From Squalus acanthias (lineage: Eukaryota), in NCBI GenBank assembly GCA_030390025.1, contig CM059433.1, positions 5,518,001 through 5,582,000 on the forward strand: a stretch of DNA of 64,000 nt, in the 5' to 3' direction. Below, piece after piece: positions 12,542-24,896 of this stretch. Position numbers and translations under genes: made by a program. The notes beneath the pieces were generated by a model that was given only the letters and a program-made list of their open reading frames with translations, had not been told where the DNA came from and did no database searches. How positions within the stretch are numbered: position 1 is the first letter of the stretch; the number at the start of each line of letters is the position of its first letter.

Positions 12542-13596
12542 GAGAATCCAGCTAGAAAAATACCATAAATTTGGTTCATCACTCTTGTTTCTGATATCTG
12601 AATAAGGTGGCAATTAATTGTTCTGTGCGGCTCATTTAGTGCACTTTTGAAGTAAAATGTTCTTTTTAAAGAAACAACGTTGGTTTATATTGACACTGTA
12701 GGCTGGGGGGGGGGGGGAGGAGGGGAAGTTCCTTTGAAAAATATTTTTGCCCTTGTACTTTCTGCATCTCCCCATGTCCTACAGCTGAAAATAATTTAAA
12801 AAGTCTCTACAAACTGCAACAAACAGAACTCTTGCTTAAAATCAAACAGAGTCACTTACAACAGTGTGGGTCTCCAGGTGTGATTGATGGGGGAATTACC
12901 CAATCATCTCCATTCTGGTCAGGAATAGTGGTGTCACTATATGCAGCGGAAAAGAAGGTGGCCTGCTTCTAGACCTCTGCCACTGGTACTCTAGAATGGT
13001 CAGTGCAAGGTCCAATTTAACATTCCAAGAAGATTTTCTATCTAATTTCTCCCCCTTCCTCAGGGAAGGTATCTGATATCCACTCAGCTCCTGCCACATG
13101 TTGTTTGTGGTCTCACTTGAAGTGTGTATAAACAAATACACGATTCACTTGCATCAGTGATTTGCATCAGTCTGTGTGTGTTTGCACGCACATGTCTCAT
13201 CTATATTGAAGCTACATGTGTGTGTTTGTGTGTGTGTATACGTATACATACATTGAATGCCAGAATATATATCTGAGCACTAAATTCTCACCAACCAACA
13301 CTTAACCCCATCAAAAGGATTGGTATATTATTCCAAAGAAATTTAAAGTTTTTTAAATCAGTAATGGTCAGATAAGGAAGGAGATTAATAACCAATACCA
13401 AATGGCCTGGCACAAAATAGAGTTCAACATAGAAAGACCCAAGTAAGTGTAAGGAAAAAAATGACAGAGGCAGAATGTGGGTGTCCTGAATATTCTTCTT
13501 CATGGACCCATTGTCTAACTCCACAGATTCTGGTTTCACATTGACATCAGTGTTTTGAGGGTCTAGTCTTGGTGTCAGCGTTTGACCAAAATCATT

Positions 13597-14075
13597 GCGG
13601 ACTAGACTCCTCGCCCCTTGGTGTCATTCTTACCTGAGTTTAGCTGTGAATTGATTCCCACTGCTGCATACTGCAGGCAGGAACTCCTGGAGGCGGAAAT
13701 TCTTGCAAGATCAGGAGTTCCTGCCTACAGGATGCAACGGTTGGAATCACTTCACCACAGGACTTGGGTAGGGGGCGATGCTGAGTGGAGAGGGAGGAGG
13801 GTATGGAATGGATGCCAAAGAGGGAAGTGGGGGAAATGGATGATAATAAACTGGAGAGGGAAAGAGCAAAAACTGGAGCAATGATTTGCAGAAGAATAGG
13901 GGAGGACCTGAGAATGTAGCTAAGGTTCCTACCAAGTCCCTGCCTAATCTGCACTGCAAAAATGTTTCGAGGGAGGTTTGTGCTTGTTCAATTAATTCCT
14001 GTTCCATTAAAGTGAATAATTTGAATTTTTTTCAAGCAAAAAATGACTTTTAAATCAGAGGAGTAGACTAGTGGC
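13597..14075. repeat. Old MITE-like element
   Basis: Internal IR gcaggaactcctg / caggagttcctgc. Partial terminal IR actcctc / gaggagt. Confidence 0.3.
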
Positions 14076-15155
14076 ATAATATATATGCTAGTCCTTTACA
14101 ACTATGTAAACGTTCTTGGTCCATAGTCTTTTATATTTTCATAAGTTCAAAACAGTCAATTTGATTTTGATAAATTTTTATTGTGTTGCAGTTTTTCATT
14201 TACATTTAATCTAGCATTCACAAATCAAAATGTTATGCTTGTATTTCCACAGATAGTTCTTCCACATTCACATCCTCGGAATCAACACAAGACATCATTC
14301 TGATCAAAGGAAGAGGAGTCAGCTCACGACAATGAAACTGTTATATCTGATGAAAGCACTGAAACCTAAAAGCATCAACAAAGTCTATTCAAGTAACAGA
14401 TTAGTGACTACATGGTTGGATGGTAGAAGAGCATCTCTCAAATGGAGGAATCCTCTATAGACCAACACAAAAAATGGCACATCAACTAGATTTAAGAGAT
14501 GTTGGTCTTGAATATCCATAGGGGTTCTACCAATCATCTGCTGTACCTCCCTGGAAAATGGCCGAAATGGCTGAACTTACTCCACTCTGGAAAAATTAGA
14601 TGAAGAAAAAAGATTAGGAACTGCAATATATAAAAAGTTGTCTACTAACAGGAGGAAACACCTGGGTAAAACATACTGGCTGTGAAATTCGGCACCGTAG
14701 CGCTGGAAGTTAAGGCCGTTTTTTTCTAAATGGCATCAGCCTCGCTTCCGGTTGGTGAGGGCGATAGTGCGGGCGGTACGTGCGTGCATCGGCAGTATGC
14801 AGATCGTGATGTCAGTCAGCATGTAATGCTGATTTGACGTGCGACCTGCCATTTTTGACATCGCCGCTCCATTCAATGCCCTCTCCTAAACACGCACAAC
14901 TGAATGTGCATTCAGCTGCACGAGGGACCTGACCCCACCCCCGCAACCCCCAGACCAGCGCTATTTAAAGGGAAACATCCAACTTGCAGGTAAGTTGATT
15001 ATTTCTCTTATACTGGCTCTTGCAGAGTTTGTATGAATACTGGGTTGCTGGAAGACATTGAAAAAGTTGTTAAAGTGTGCAGGGAGTGCTGCTGGACATT
15101 AGGGAGGCATTGGCTGCTACTATAAGGCCTCTGAGTACACCACTTGCTCCCAGTC

Positions 15156-16276
15156 ATGGGGACTCTAGTTGCAGTCCCCCTCGCGCTGCTGCATGACAGG
15201 GAGATGGAGCAGAGGCAGCAAAGAAGACAAGCTGTTCGCAGAGGGAGGAGGGCTCTCAGCAGGAGGCCTTACCGACAAAGGGTCTTCAGGGAGCACTTCT
15301 CCTACCTGTACCTAAGCCAGGAGCAGTGTGTTCGGCGACTCCACTTCACCAAGGAGGTGGTCACAGTACTCTGCCACCTCTTGGAACCAGACCTGCAGCC
15401 TCCGAGCAGGGCGACGACAGCTCTGCCAGTGGCCCTCAAGGTGACTGTGGACCTGAATTTTTTCACCAGTGGACCCTTCCAGGCTGGAACAGGTGACATA
15501 GCAAACATCTCGCAGTTCGCCGTCCATTGCTGCATCCGGGAGGTCACAGAGGCTCTGTACTCTAGGAGAGGGGACTTCATTGTCTTCTCTCTAAACAGAG
15601 AGAAGCAGGAGGAGTGCGCACGTGGCTTTGCCATGGTGTAGGGCGCCATCAACTGCATACTCGTGGCTTTGCGGGTGACTCATATAAATCCTGAGATGTT
15701 CCATAACCGCAAAGGGTACCACTCACTTAATGCGCAGTTGGTGTGCAACCACACCCAGCACATCATGATGGTGAAAGCCCGGTATTGTGGCAGCAGTCAT
15801 GATGCCTTCATCCTGCACCAGTCTGCTGTGCCAGCAATCTTCCAGCCACCACGTCTAACCCAATGGTGGCTGCTAGGCGATAAGGGCTATCCACTCTACA
15901 CCTGGCTGATGACTCCCCTCCGCAACCCTACCTCTCGTGGCCAGCACTCATATGACAGCCATACTGACACGAGGAACGTCATCGAGCAGACCATCGGGGT
16001 TCTCAAGCAACGGTTCTGCTGCCTTGACCGCTCAGGAGTACTCCCGAGAGCAGGTGTCCCAATTCATTGTAGTCTGCTGCATCGTCCACATCTTGGCCAT
16101 CATGAGGGTGCAGCCCTTGCCACCACAGGTTCCACAGCCACCTAAGGAGGAGGAGAAAGAGGAAGAGGAGAAGGAAGAGTAGGAGGAAGAGGAGAAGGAG
16201 GAGGAGGAAGGAGCCTGCAAATCCACGTTCCGGATGGGCTGTCCATGAGCGCATCATCAGACTCCGCTTCCCTTGA
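15156..16276 (+). pseudogene. Harbinger DDE transposase (HARBI1-like), disrupted
   Basis: Motifs LPVALKVTVDLNFF, GAI(N)C (first catalytic D changed to N), NRKGYHSLNAQLVC, SSHDA, LLGDKGY, VIEQTIGVLKQRF, acidic tail. Stop at 15639-15641 and frameshifts. Confidence 0.9.
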
Positions 16277-16439
16277 ATGAAACCCCACATCCCTGTTGCT
16301 CAACACTTCCCCACCTTACGATGTTACAGAACATCAGAGCATCCTCTTGGCCACAATGCTGAAATGAAAGCCACTACAAAACAAACATTCCAAACATATT
16401 TTATAAATCATTCATTCCAATACTACATAACAAAGTCAA

Positions 16440-18335
16440 CTAATCAGCATTGTGCATTCTCTTAGTGCCTGTCTTTTGTGTACCTTTGCCTATCCTAGTG
16501 CTCCTATGAAGTGATATCCCAGTGGCTGCAGTATGGCTGGTGGAAAGCTGCTGACTTTCAGTGGTCGAGACTGCAGATGGCTTTGCAGGACGACCTTGAG
16601 CAGCTCTGAGCCTAGAAGGCCCGGCAGTAGACTGCACCACCTCAGCATAGGCAGCGGCTGGCTTGCTGACAGGCAACAGCAAGGGCACCGGCGGAGTGGC
16701 AGTGGTGGAAGGATGAATGCTGTCACCCTGAGAGAGGACAGCAGGTTCGTGCTCCACGGAGCCACTGACACTCCCTCAGTCGGGGTGCCTCAGCAATCCT
16801 AGTAATATGTTGGAAGGCAGATTGCTGGACTGTGTGAGATCCTGCAAGCCCCTTTCCACATTGGTAAATGCAGCCACAATGGCAGCAGTCTGTGCTTGTG
16901 TGGCAGCAAGCTGAGCCTTCATGAGAGCAGTCTGAGCTTGTGTGACAGAAGTCTGAGCTTCCATTGCAACACTCAGATGTTGGGTCGCTTCCGCTTGTGC
17001 TGCAATGGAAGCGGAGACATCGACCATCAGACCCTGCGTCATGGTTGGGTCCACAAGTGCTCTAATGGAGTTACCCATCACTTCCATCCTGGAAATCATG
17101 GACTCCAAACTCTGCGCAAAGCCCTGTGAAAGGTTGGAGCTGGACTCCTCCACGCTCCTTGACAGTAACAAGAGGCTGTCTGGCAGGCCTGCCAACGCAC
17201 CAAGCACTTGTGTGTGCATGCCCATCACCCTTCTTCTGAAGGCCGCCCCATCGAAGTCCTCATCTGAGTCCTGTGCAGCAGCACCTGTGTGCGACCTCAC
17301 ACTCCAGAGAGTTGGCACTTGCACTACCCTTTTCCCCTGCCCTGACTGCAGGTCACTCATGCCCAGTGACTCACGACGTAATCCTGCCTTTATACTACCC
17401 TCTGAGTGCACGCAGTGCCATCTTTTGAGCTGGTACCTGTGAGTGTCAGATTGAGTGATGGTGTTTCTTCTTCTCCATCACTCTCCTCTTGTTCTTCCTG
17501 CAGTGGTTGGGCTGGTTGGAGTTCTTGGGTATCTGAAAGGAGAAAGGCATGAGGTGGCGGGGGGAAGCAAGAGGTCCATGCATACACCATCAACAGCTTG
17601 TAAGTGAGAAGAGATTATGGGATTGTGGGGGGGGGGGGGGGGGGGAAGTGGAATGTGAGAAGAAGGATTAGGTATGAGCATACCGTCATCATCGATGCTA
17701 TCAGCCTGGCCCAGTGCCACAGCCTCAGTGACGGCCCCTCCAATGATCTCCAGCACAGTCTCCTCCAATGGGGTTAGGTTGTGCAGGCGTGCTTGCCCCC
17801 CACCACCTTGGCCTGCAAGCGAAAGGGAAGTGTGTCAGTGAGTGTGGTGCAATGTGTTTGGATGATGTGCCTGACATGGTTGAATAGCTGGCATTGTGTG
17901 CAAGGTGTGAGATGTGGGTTTGAGGCTTGCAGCAGTGGTAAATGCGTGAGGGTGAGGCGAACTTTTGATTGTGATGTATGAGTCGTAATTGTTAGAGACT
18001 GTTGATAGGTGAGTGATGGGAGTGTGGTGCATTGAGCAGTGTGTGAGGCTAGTGGTGAAGTTGGTGGAATAAGGCATTTGAAGATACATTCACTCACCTT
18101 GACCACTTGAGTGAGGTCATTAAACTTCTTCTGGCATTGGATCTATGTCCTGGGGGCAAGACTGTTGACACTGACAGCTTCTGCTATCTCCTCCCACTGC
18201 CTTCGCACAGTGTGCCTGGAAGGCCTCCTGCCCCCCTGCGGGTAGAGGACCTGTCTCCTCCTGTACACCCCCTACACCAAGGCCTCCAGTGCTGCATCTG
18301 ACAACCGAGGTGCACGCTCTCTCCCGTTGAGACAT
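16440..18335 (-). pseudogene. Harbinger Myb/SANT-like partner gene, 3 exons (18335-18098, 17812-17684, 17532-~16440), disrupted
   Basis: PRLSDAALEALV...RQWEEIAEAVS...CQKKFNDLTQVVK|gtgagt. Acceptors ttgcag and tttcag, donor G|gtatgc, in the same positions as the 455-2050 copy. Confidence 0.85.
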
Positions 18336-19190
18336 ATTGCTCCAGCAACAATGAGGTATTTCTGTATCAGAGCACCTTCCCTTTAAGATGTGCAGAACAG
18401 CCTTTGGCTCTGCAGGCAACCTTTAAATAGAGAGCAGACTGCACAAGATATTGGGCCCTCTGTTGAGCGCTGAGCCAACCTTTAGCGTGTTTAGTGCTGA
18501 GCTCAGTGCTGCAATCATGGTAATGAGCAGGCAGCACGAATTTCGCGTGCTGCCTGCACTACTTTCAACGGGCATGGGCAGATTGCGCTTCGCGATCCCC
18601 GCTATCGTTTTCAGGCCTAATCGAATTTTGCCCCCAAAGTGGCTAACTTTACGAATTCCTGTTGAAAGTGCATGTTGGAAATTTGGGCATTCACTGATCT
18701 GATTTTCCAACCATCATGCAGGGTGTTTGTCGGCCACAGTTAGTCAACTTTTCTGTACCATTAAAGGGGAAGCAATGGTACAGAAAAGTTGACTCTACCA
18801 TTTATGCATTAAAATGTAGTTGGGGGTCTGGGATAGTTTCTGTTGAAAATCATGGGCTATCTGTGCACTCTGGTGACCCTTGCCTCCTGCTTCACTGTGC
18901 TATACTCACCAATGGCTGCTACACCCTCAAAATCAGGCAGAAAAGTCCTCTATAATATTCATTTCTTTCACTGCTGTGGTGTTATTACAAAATCTTTGAC
19001 TTCGTTAAGCTCACAAATGTAGGTTTGTGCGGACACAAAAAAATTCAAACTACAGCCCACTGTACTTTTAAAATAGAACAGAAAATACACCTATTTAAAT
19101 GGTTTCTCGTCTTCATTTATTTGCTTTCATCAAATATATAATTTTGACCAGCTACTAGAATGCTGGCTCTTCCTTACTTTATTAGTAAGG

Positions 19191-19273
19191 AAGTTGCACA
19201 TTATTTATAAACTTTTGTAGCCTACGCTCAGGTCAGCAGTTAGATTATTGCTTTAATATCAATAGTTGTAACC
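19191..19273 (+). repeat. 83-bp direct repeat, copy 1
   Basis: Matches 20142-20224 with 2 mismatches. Confidence 0.9.
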
Positions 19274-20141
19274 TTCAAGTGAAGAGTCATTAGTTTACTG
19301 AAACTAGTGCATAAATGGCTTATTGTCACACAGAACTAGTTTTAAAGTAAAACAGTTACCACCAAGTTATACCTACAATAACATTTGTGAACTAATACTG
19401 CCTGGTCTGCCATTTTCTGTGTGGTCGGAAATAAACATAAAAATTAATGATGGTTTGATTATTGCTGCATAGTAAACTTTCCAGTTGTGTCCTGATAGCA
19501 TCATGTGACAAATGACAACAAGCATAATATTTGATAATCATTTTAACTATCACAGTCACCTTGTAAGGGTATGTACAGGATTTTATTACTGCAAATGCTA
19601 CATTAAAACATCACATAAATGTAGCCACAGTTTTGATAAATGTTTAAAAAGCACTCTTAAATATAAATGCTCATGTCCCCTGAAAATGGAGTGCTACTGA
19701 ACTATAACTGCAGCAAGAGGAATAATCACAAACACATTAAGATATTAATTCAGTAAGCTGTGATTGATTTTCTTTTCTATTTTAGGCAAGTTCAAGGCAG
19801 CTACATGACAGCTCCTTATTTAACAGCTGTTGAATTGCTCAGTGGCTCCCTTCGTAAAATAGGAGCTGCTGGTGGTTACACTGTCCCAACTTCTGTGTTC
19901 AACTCTATTAACTACTGGAGTCTACTGTTATAGCACTTAATATCCTGGCAAATGCCTGAGAGATCATTTTGAAGAGTGCTACATTTAACAGGATGTACAT
20001 GAGGAGTATTTAACTAAGCATATGGAGCTCAACGCTATCATTGCATTTGGAGTAAAGGTATTGTGCTAAATAAGAATCTTGATGTCTGTTAAAGCATTGC
20101 AAATAAACAAAATTACTATTTTTATTTCACAAAACTAAATA

Positions 20142-20224
20142 AAGTTGCACATTATTTATAAACTTTTGTAGCCTACACTCAGGTCGGCAGTTAGATTATT
20201 GCTTTAATATCAATAGTTGTAACC
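20142..20224 (+). repeat. 83-bp direct repeat, copy 2
   Basis: Matches 19191-19273. Confidence 0.9.
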
Positions 20225-21788
20225 CTCAAATGGAGATTCAATATTTTCCTCTGAGTGTTTTGATATCAATCATGAGCACAGTGCAATAAATCACCATGAT
20301 TTTCAGATGTAGATCATAAAGAATAGGAAGTAGATAACACAAAGGGGAAGTGGAGGAATTGCACAGAGGATGCAGGTGTGATGTCACACAGAGAGGTTTA
20401 GGACAGATTACACCCATCTTTCCCTCCACAATAAACTAACAGTGGGCAGCAGACATACAAAAACTTGATTTTATTCCAGCTTAAGCCAGTGCTAGTGCTT
20501 CGTTAACATTAAAAACGGAACTGGCATTTCAGAGGTCTGCGCATTTAAACGTTCATGTGCAGACCTCTGCTTGCCTGACCAAAGAGATGTGCAGCGGACA
20601 GTATAATTTAGTACTCCCCATCATCTAAGCAGATATCAGTCTCAAACCAGTGCCCTGCAATATAACAGCAGATTTGTAGCTGTCCTGTTTTGATTAACTT
20701 CTTCCATTTTGCTTAGCATTTCTTATAATTGATTATCAATTCTATGAAACACATGGCAAGTTACTATTCCTCTATACCTTATAATAGGTTTTTTCAATTA
20801 CAAGTAACCTGTGGTTGCTTTAATGTAACACTAGGAACTAAAATCTATTCTTTGTATTTATATCGTTGCAGAGTGCATATTTATCTTTCGATATTTGATC
20901 TCATCTGTTTTATGAAACATATTTGACTTTCTATTCCCAGGTTGGTATGCCATTGCTCAAGGAGTTTATATATTTGTTGGTCATGTCTGAAATCAAATTA
21001 CATTTATTAATAGTGTGGAGTTATAAATGATTAGCTTCAGCAAAATTCCAGTTGTGTCTAATGGGAAAGACACCTTAAAAACTCGGTCAATAACGACTAG
21101 ATGTCACCATTATCATTATCAAAGTGTAATACTCTGTGACAGATTGGTAGTTCCACTAACCCACACTTTATTACCCTATGTAGATCACTTCCATGAGCTC
21201 CAGCAGTCATCCCTACAAAGGGGAGGGGGGAATCTGAATCCGGGAATAGCCACAACTGTCAATTTAAGAAATGTTTAAAATTTTCTAGTTATAATATCGG
21301 TTCTGGTTTTTGCCGAGAGGGAAATTTAGGCTACAGTCTACAATCAGACACAACATAGGTGTCAGCATCTGACTGACTAATGGAAGATTTTATCCTAAAC
21401 TAAGTTAGGCCAAGACATGATTTGTAACAGAAAGTACCAAAGCATATCCACAATTTCTCTGCAAGAAATTAGAGAAAGTGTCCACATTTTTTGCACAATC
21501 TTCCACTTCAGCTTAAGTTATAACAAACCTATGCACTTATAGTGTAGCTACATGCTAAAAGCTATATTCAGGGCTGTTTTTGAATGGTTGTTTTTTTGAG
21601 GCTGTATGAGCTTTTTTGAAGCTTTTGCTAGTTTTCCAGGTGGAGGAGCTTCTAAGTCAAAACCAACACATTCCTTGCCTCAGACATCTTATGTTGATAT
21701 TGTATGTGGTTCTTTATTTTGTGTGAGAAACGTAAAGGCATCACTAAATTTAGGATCTGTTTTAATCTGCTGAGATTTGTGTAACCAT

Positions 21789-22512
21789 GGTCCAGATTTT
21801 GCTGTGAGCGACAAAGGAACGGCTTTCGCAGTTCACCTCGCGTACAGTTGGCCAGTGACTTTGGCAGGTTTATCAGTGGAGATTTCTAGTTTTCGGGTGT
21901 GTGATCCAATGTGGTGCCCTCTACAGGGGATCTGTGGCATCTGTGAGCAGGTTAAGCAGCAGGGAGGCTCTTCAACCAATCAGATTGAAGAATCCTCACT
22001 GAGACACGCAGACTGCAAAGCGGGTAGTTAAAAACAGAAAATATAAATTACATTTAAATCATTGTCCAGGAAGCAAAATGCAGATTGTGACATACACATG
22101 CTATTAAGGGAAAGACATTAAAGCGGAAACAGAAAATCTAAAATAAACTTCAATTTAAAAAAAAAATCTGCAATATTAATTTTCATCTGAGGGAATCAGA
22201 CTGTACACTTGTAAAATTAATTTTTTTAGGACCTGAGAGGTTGTTCAGCAGTAATGATCACTTATTATGCCATTAAAAACTCAGTTACTACTGATTGTAC
22301 AAGCCCTAACTTTTTTATCTGTCTTTAGTGCGAGAATAGTGGGTAATTAGCCTAATTTCACACCATTAGTGATCTCTGTGCAGATTCTATCGGCGAAGAC
22401 TGCAAAAGCTCAGCCTATCGAGGAGCAGGGTATCACTGACAGCAACTTCCAGACTTCCACGTTTAACTGAGCATGTGCGGACGCCAGAAGTTAGCACAGC
22501 AAAATCCTGGCT
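21789..22512. mobile_element. Harbinger-type MITE
   Basis: TIR GGTCCAGATTTTGCTGTG / CACAGCAAAATCCTGGCT. 3-bp TSD CAT on both sides. Confidence 0.8.
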
Positions 22513-22945
22513 CATGTTTTTTGTGGTTGTGAGAAGCAATTGGAGTTAAGGGTTTTGCTAAGACAATCTACATTAACTCTCTCATTAAACTTGTTTTATT
22601 AGTTAGGTGCACAATCCTCTGGATTAAAGATAAAAGTTTCTTTAACATTTCTATGCTGAAATATTAAATGAAAATTTTCTGGGATTTTTATTGCAGTACA
22701 CTACTTTACATTAAATTCCTCATTAGACTGGATCCATATTAAATGCCCATGTGGTGTCCTATAGACATGTGAAAATAACAATCCATTGTGTAATCATATT
22801 TATCTATGTTTATTGCTACCTTACATGCATCATTTGTAACTGAGCATTACATGTGGACTCATTTCAGAAAAATCCAGTAATGTTCCAAAAACACACTGGA
22901 CTTTTTATAAGATTTCTCCAGTGTTCAATCACGTGTAAAAACAGA

Positions 22946-23687
22946 GGGCCGAAAATTGATCCCGGGACGCGAGAGTACGCACTGCGTACTCTCGCGTATT
23001 CCCACTCCAATTGCCGGTTTTCTGCATGCCCTGCGCATGCGCTGAAAACCGGCAATTGCTCTTCTGAAAAGGGGGCGGGGCCTGCGTGCATCGCGTGCGC
23101 GCTACAGGCTGCGCGCATGCTGTGCACTTCATGCTGTGGACGCGCAGGTAAGTAGGGAAGATTTTGGAAATGTAAAAAGGAGGAGTAAGACCCGCTTTTA
23201 AGAAGGTAAGTAGTGAATTAAGTATTTTTTTGAATTTTTTTTTACAGGTATATCTTTTTTAGAGACTTTAAAGACAGGTAAGTTTATTTTTATAACTTTT
23301 TAAAAGATTTTAAATTTTTTCAAAAATTTAATTTTTTATTTAAAATGGTTAATTTAATTAACTATACTTATTTTATTAATGTGATGGGTTTTTTTAAATT
23401 TAATTGAGGTTTAGCTGTTATTTTGGGGGGGTGTAAGATTCATAAGTCTCACAGCCATGCTGTGAGACTTATGAATGGAAGATGGTGTGCTGCCATTGGC
23501 TCTAACTGAGTCACGTGATCCCACAGCTCGCACGAATTAACTACGCCGCTGGGATACGCAAGCCCAGCACAGCTGATGTCTGGAACATCAAGTTCGTGCG
23601 AGCTGGATCAGAAAAAGCATAAGCGAGGTGAGACATCGCGGGGAAGGCTTACCCCCGCGGGAACAGAGCGAGATCAATTTCTGGGCC
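22946..23687. mobile_element. Harbinger-type MITE, multi-hairpin family, copy 1
   Basis: TIR GGGCCGAAAATTGATC / GATCAATTTCTGGGCC. Highly similar along its length to 40578-41322. Confidence 0.85.
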
Positions 23688-23978
23688 ATTGTTACTGGAA
23701 TCACTTTGATCAAAAAATGTTTATTCAGTACTTTAAATTAGAAAAAAATACAGGATCACCTAAGTTTTCTTAATGACAGTATAAATATTGTAATCAAGTG
23801 ATAGTTCTGATTTTGGTGCAGAAATGCAATTACAAACAATTACACAGAAGAAGCTCTTAACTGCCTGTATTAACAAACATCAGGTTATAATTAACTAGAA
23901 CATTCTGTAAAAGCAGAAAATAAGTAAATTTTTCTAGGGCAGTCAATGGTGTTTTTCTACCTGTAGCAAACACGTGAA

Positions 23979-24100
23979 GGGTGAGTAGGGAGCGGGATGG
24001 GTGAATAAAGAGCGGGGATGGGTGAATAAAGAGCAGGGATGGGAGAGTAGGGAGCGGGGATGGGAGAGTAGGGAGCGGGGATGGGTGAGAAGGGAGTGGC
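23979..24100 (+). repeat. Minisatellite, ~21-bp unit (gggtgaataaagagcggggat-like), ~6 copies
   Basis: Directly visible tandem units. Confidence 0.8.
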
Positions 24101-24137
24101 GATTGGCGCTCTCTACTCTACAGTTTGCTGTAATATT

Positions 24138-24215
24138 CAAGGGCAATTAGGAATGGGCAATAAATGTTGGTCTTGCCAGTGACGCCCATATCCCATGAAT
24201 GAATTAAAAAAAAAA
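24138..24215 (+). mobile_element. Extreme 3' end of the CR1-group LINE family
   Basis: Matches 57677-57753 (gggcaataaatg...gacgcccacatcccatgaatgaat plus A run). Confidence 0.75.
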
Positions 24216-24896
24216 ATTCTACCTAGTGCATAATATCATCACAAAGTTCACAGAAGAAATGCTAGTAAAATTACTGTAAGGCAATTATTAGTAGATGAGA
24301 CTGAACACTACAAAATAGTTCATTTTAAAGCGTTGTAAAGGTTTAAGGATAAGTTCTCGAAACTGCTGGAGAATTGAACATCAATGTGAAAATTAGTTCA
24401 ACAGCAATTACATTTCTACTCTTGAAGGGGAACTGCTAAAAGACAATTTCATATTTTGCTGTTCAACATTTTGAAGACTGCAATTTCTTTTCCTGCACCA
24501 AAATCAGAAATATGACTTGGATAAAGTTTTTTGAGGATGTAACTAGCAGGGTAGATAAAGGGGAACCAGTGGATGTAGGATATTTGGATTTTAAAAAGGC
24601 ATTCGATAAGGTACCACACAAAAAGGTTGTTGCACAAGATAAGGGCTCATGGAGTTGGGGGTAATATATTAGCATGGATAGAGGATTAGGTTAAAGGACA
24701 GAAAACAGAGAATAGGAATAAACGGGTCATTTTCAGGCTGGCTGGTTGTTACTAGTGTGGTGCTGCAAGGATCAGTGCTGGGGCCTGAGCTATTTACAAT
24801 CTATATTAATTTCTTAGATGAAGGGACTGAGTGTAATGTATCCAAGTTTACTGATGATGCAAAGCTAGGTGGGTAAGTAAGCTGTGAGGACACAAA

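Larger units (their letters stand above)
14678..18635 (+). mobile_element. Near full-length PIF/Harbinger transposon (two convergent genes), inactive
   Basis: TIR-like ends GGCTGTGAAATTCG / CGAATTTTGCCCCC. Transposase on +, Myb gene on -. Confidence 0.9.

Noticed and set aside
12896..13141. Short ORFs in unique DNA (also 42921-43226, 53995-54263)
   Set aside because: No recognisable motifs, and lengths are compatible with chance.
14253..14460. Possible host exon after a cacag/atag acceptor (~67 open codons)
   Set aside because: No recognisable homology and no partner exons found. Needs RNA-seq.
15156..16276. Domesticated HARBI1 host gene
   Set aside because: It has stops, frameshifts and a mutated catalytic Asp, lies within TIRs with a Myb partner, and related copies are nearby. 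It is a dead transposon.
23979..24100. CRISPR-like array
   Set aside because: Contiguous tandem units without unique spacers, in vertebrate DNA. It is a minisatellite.
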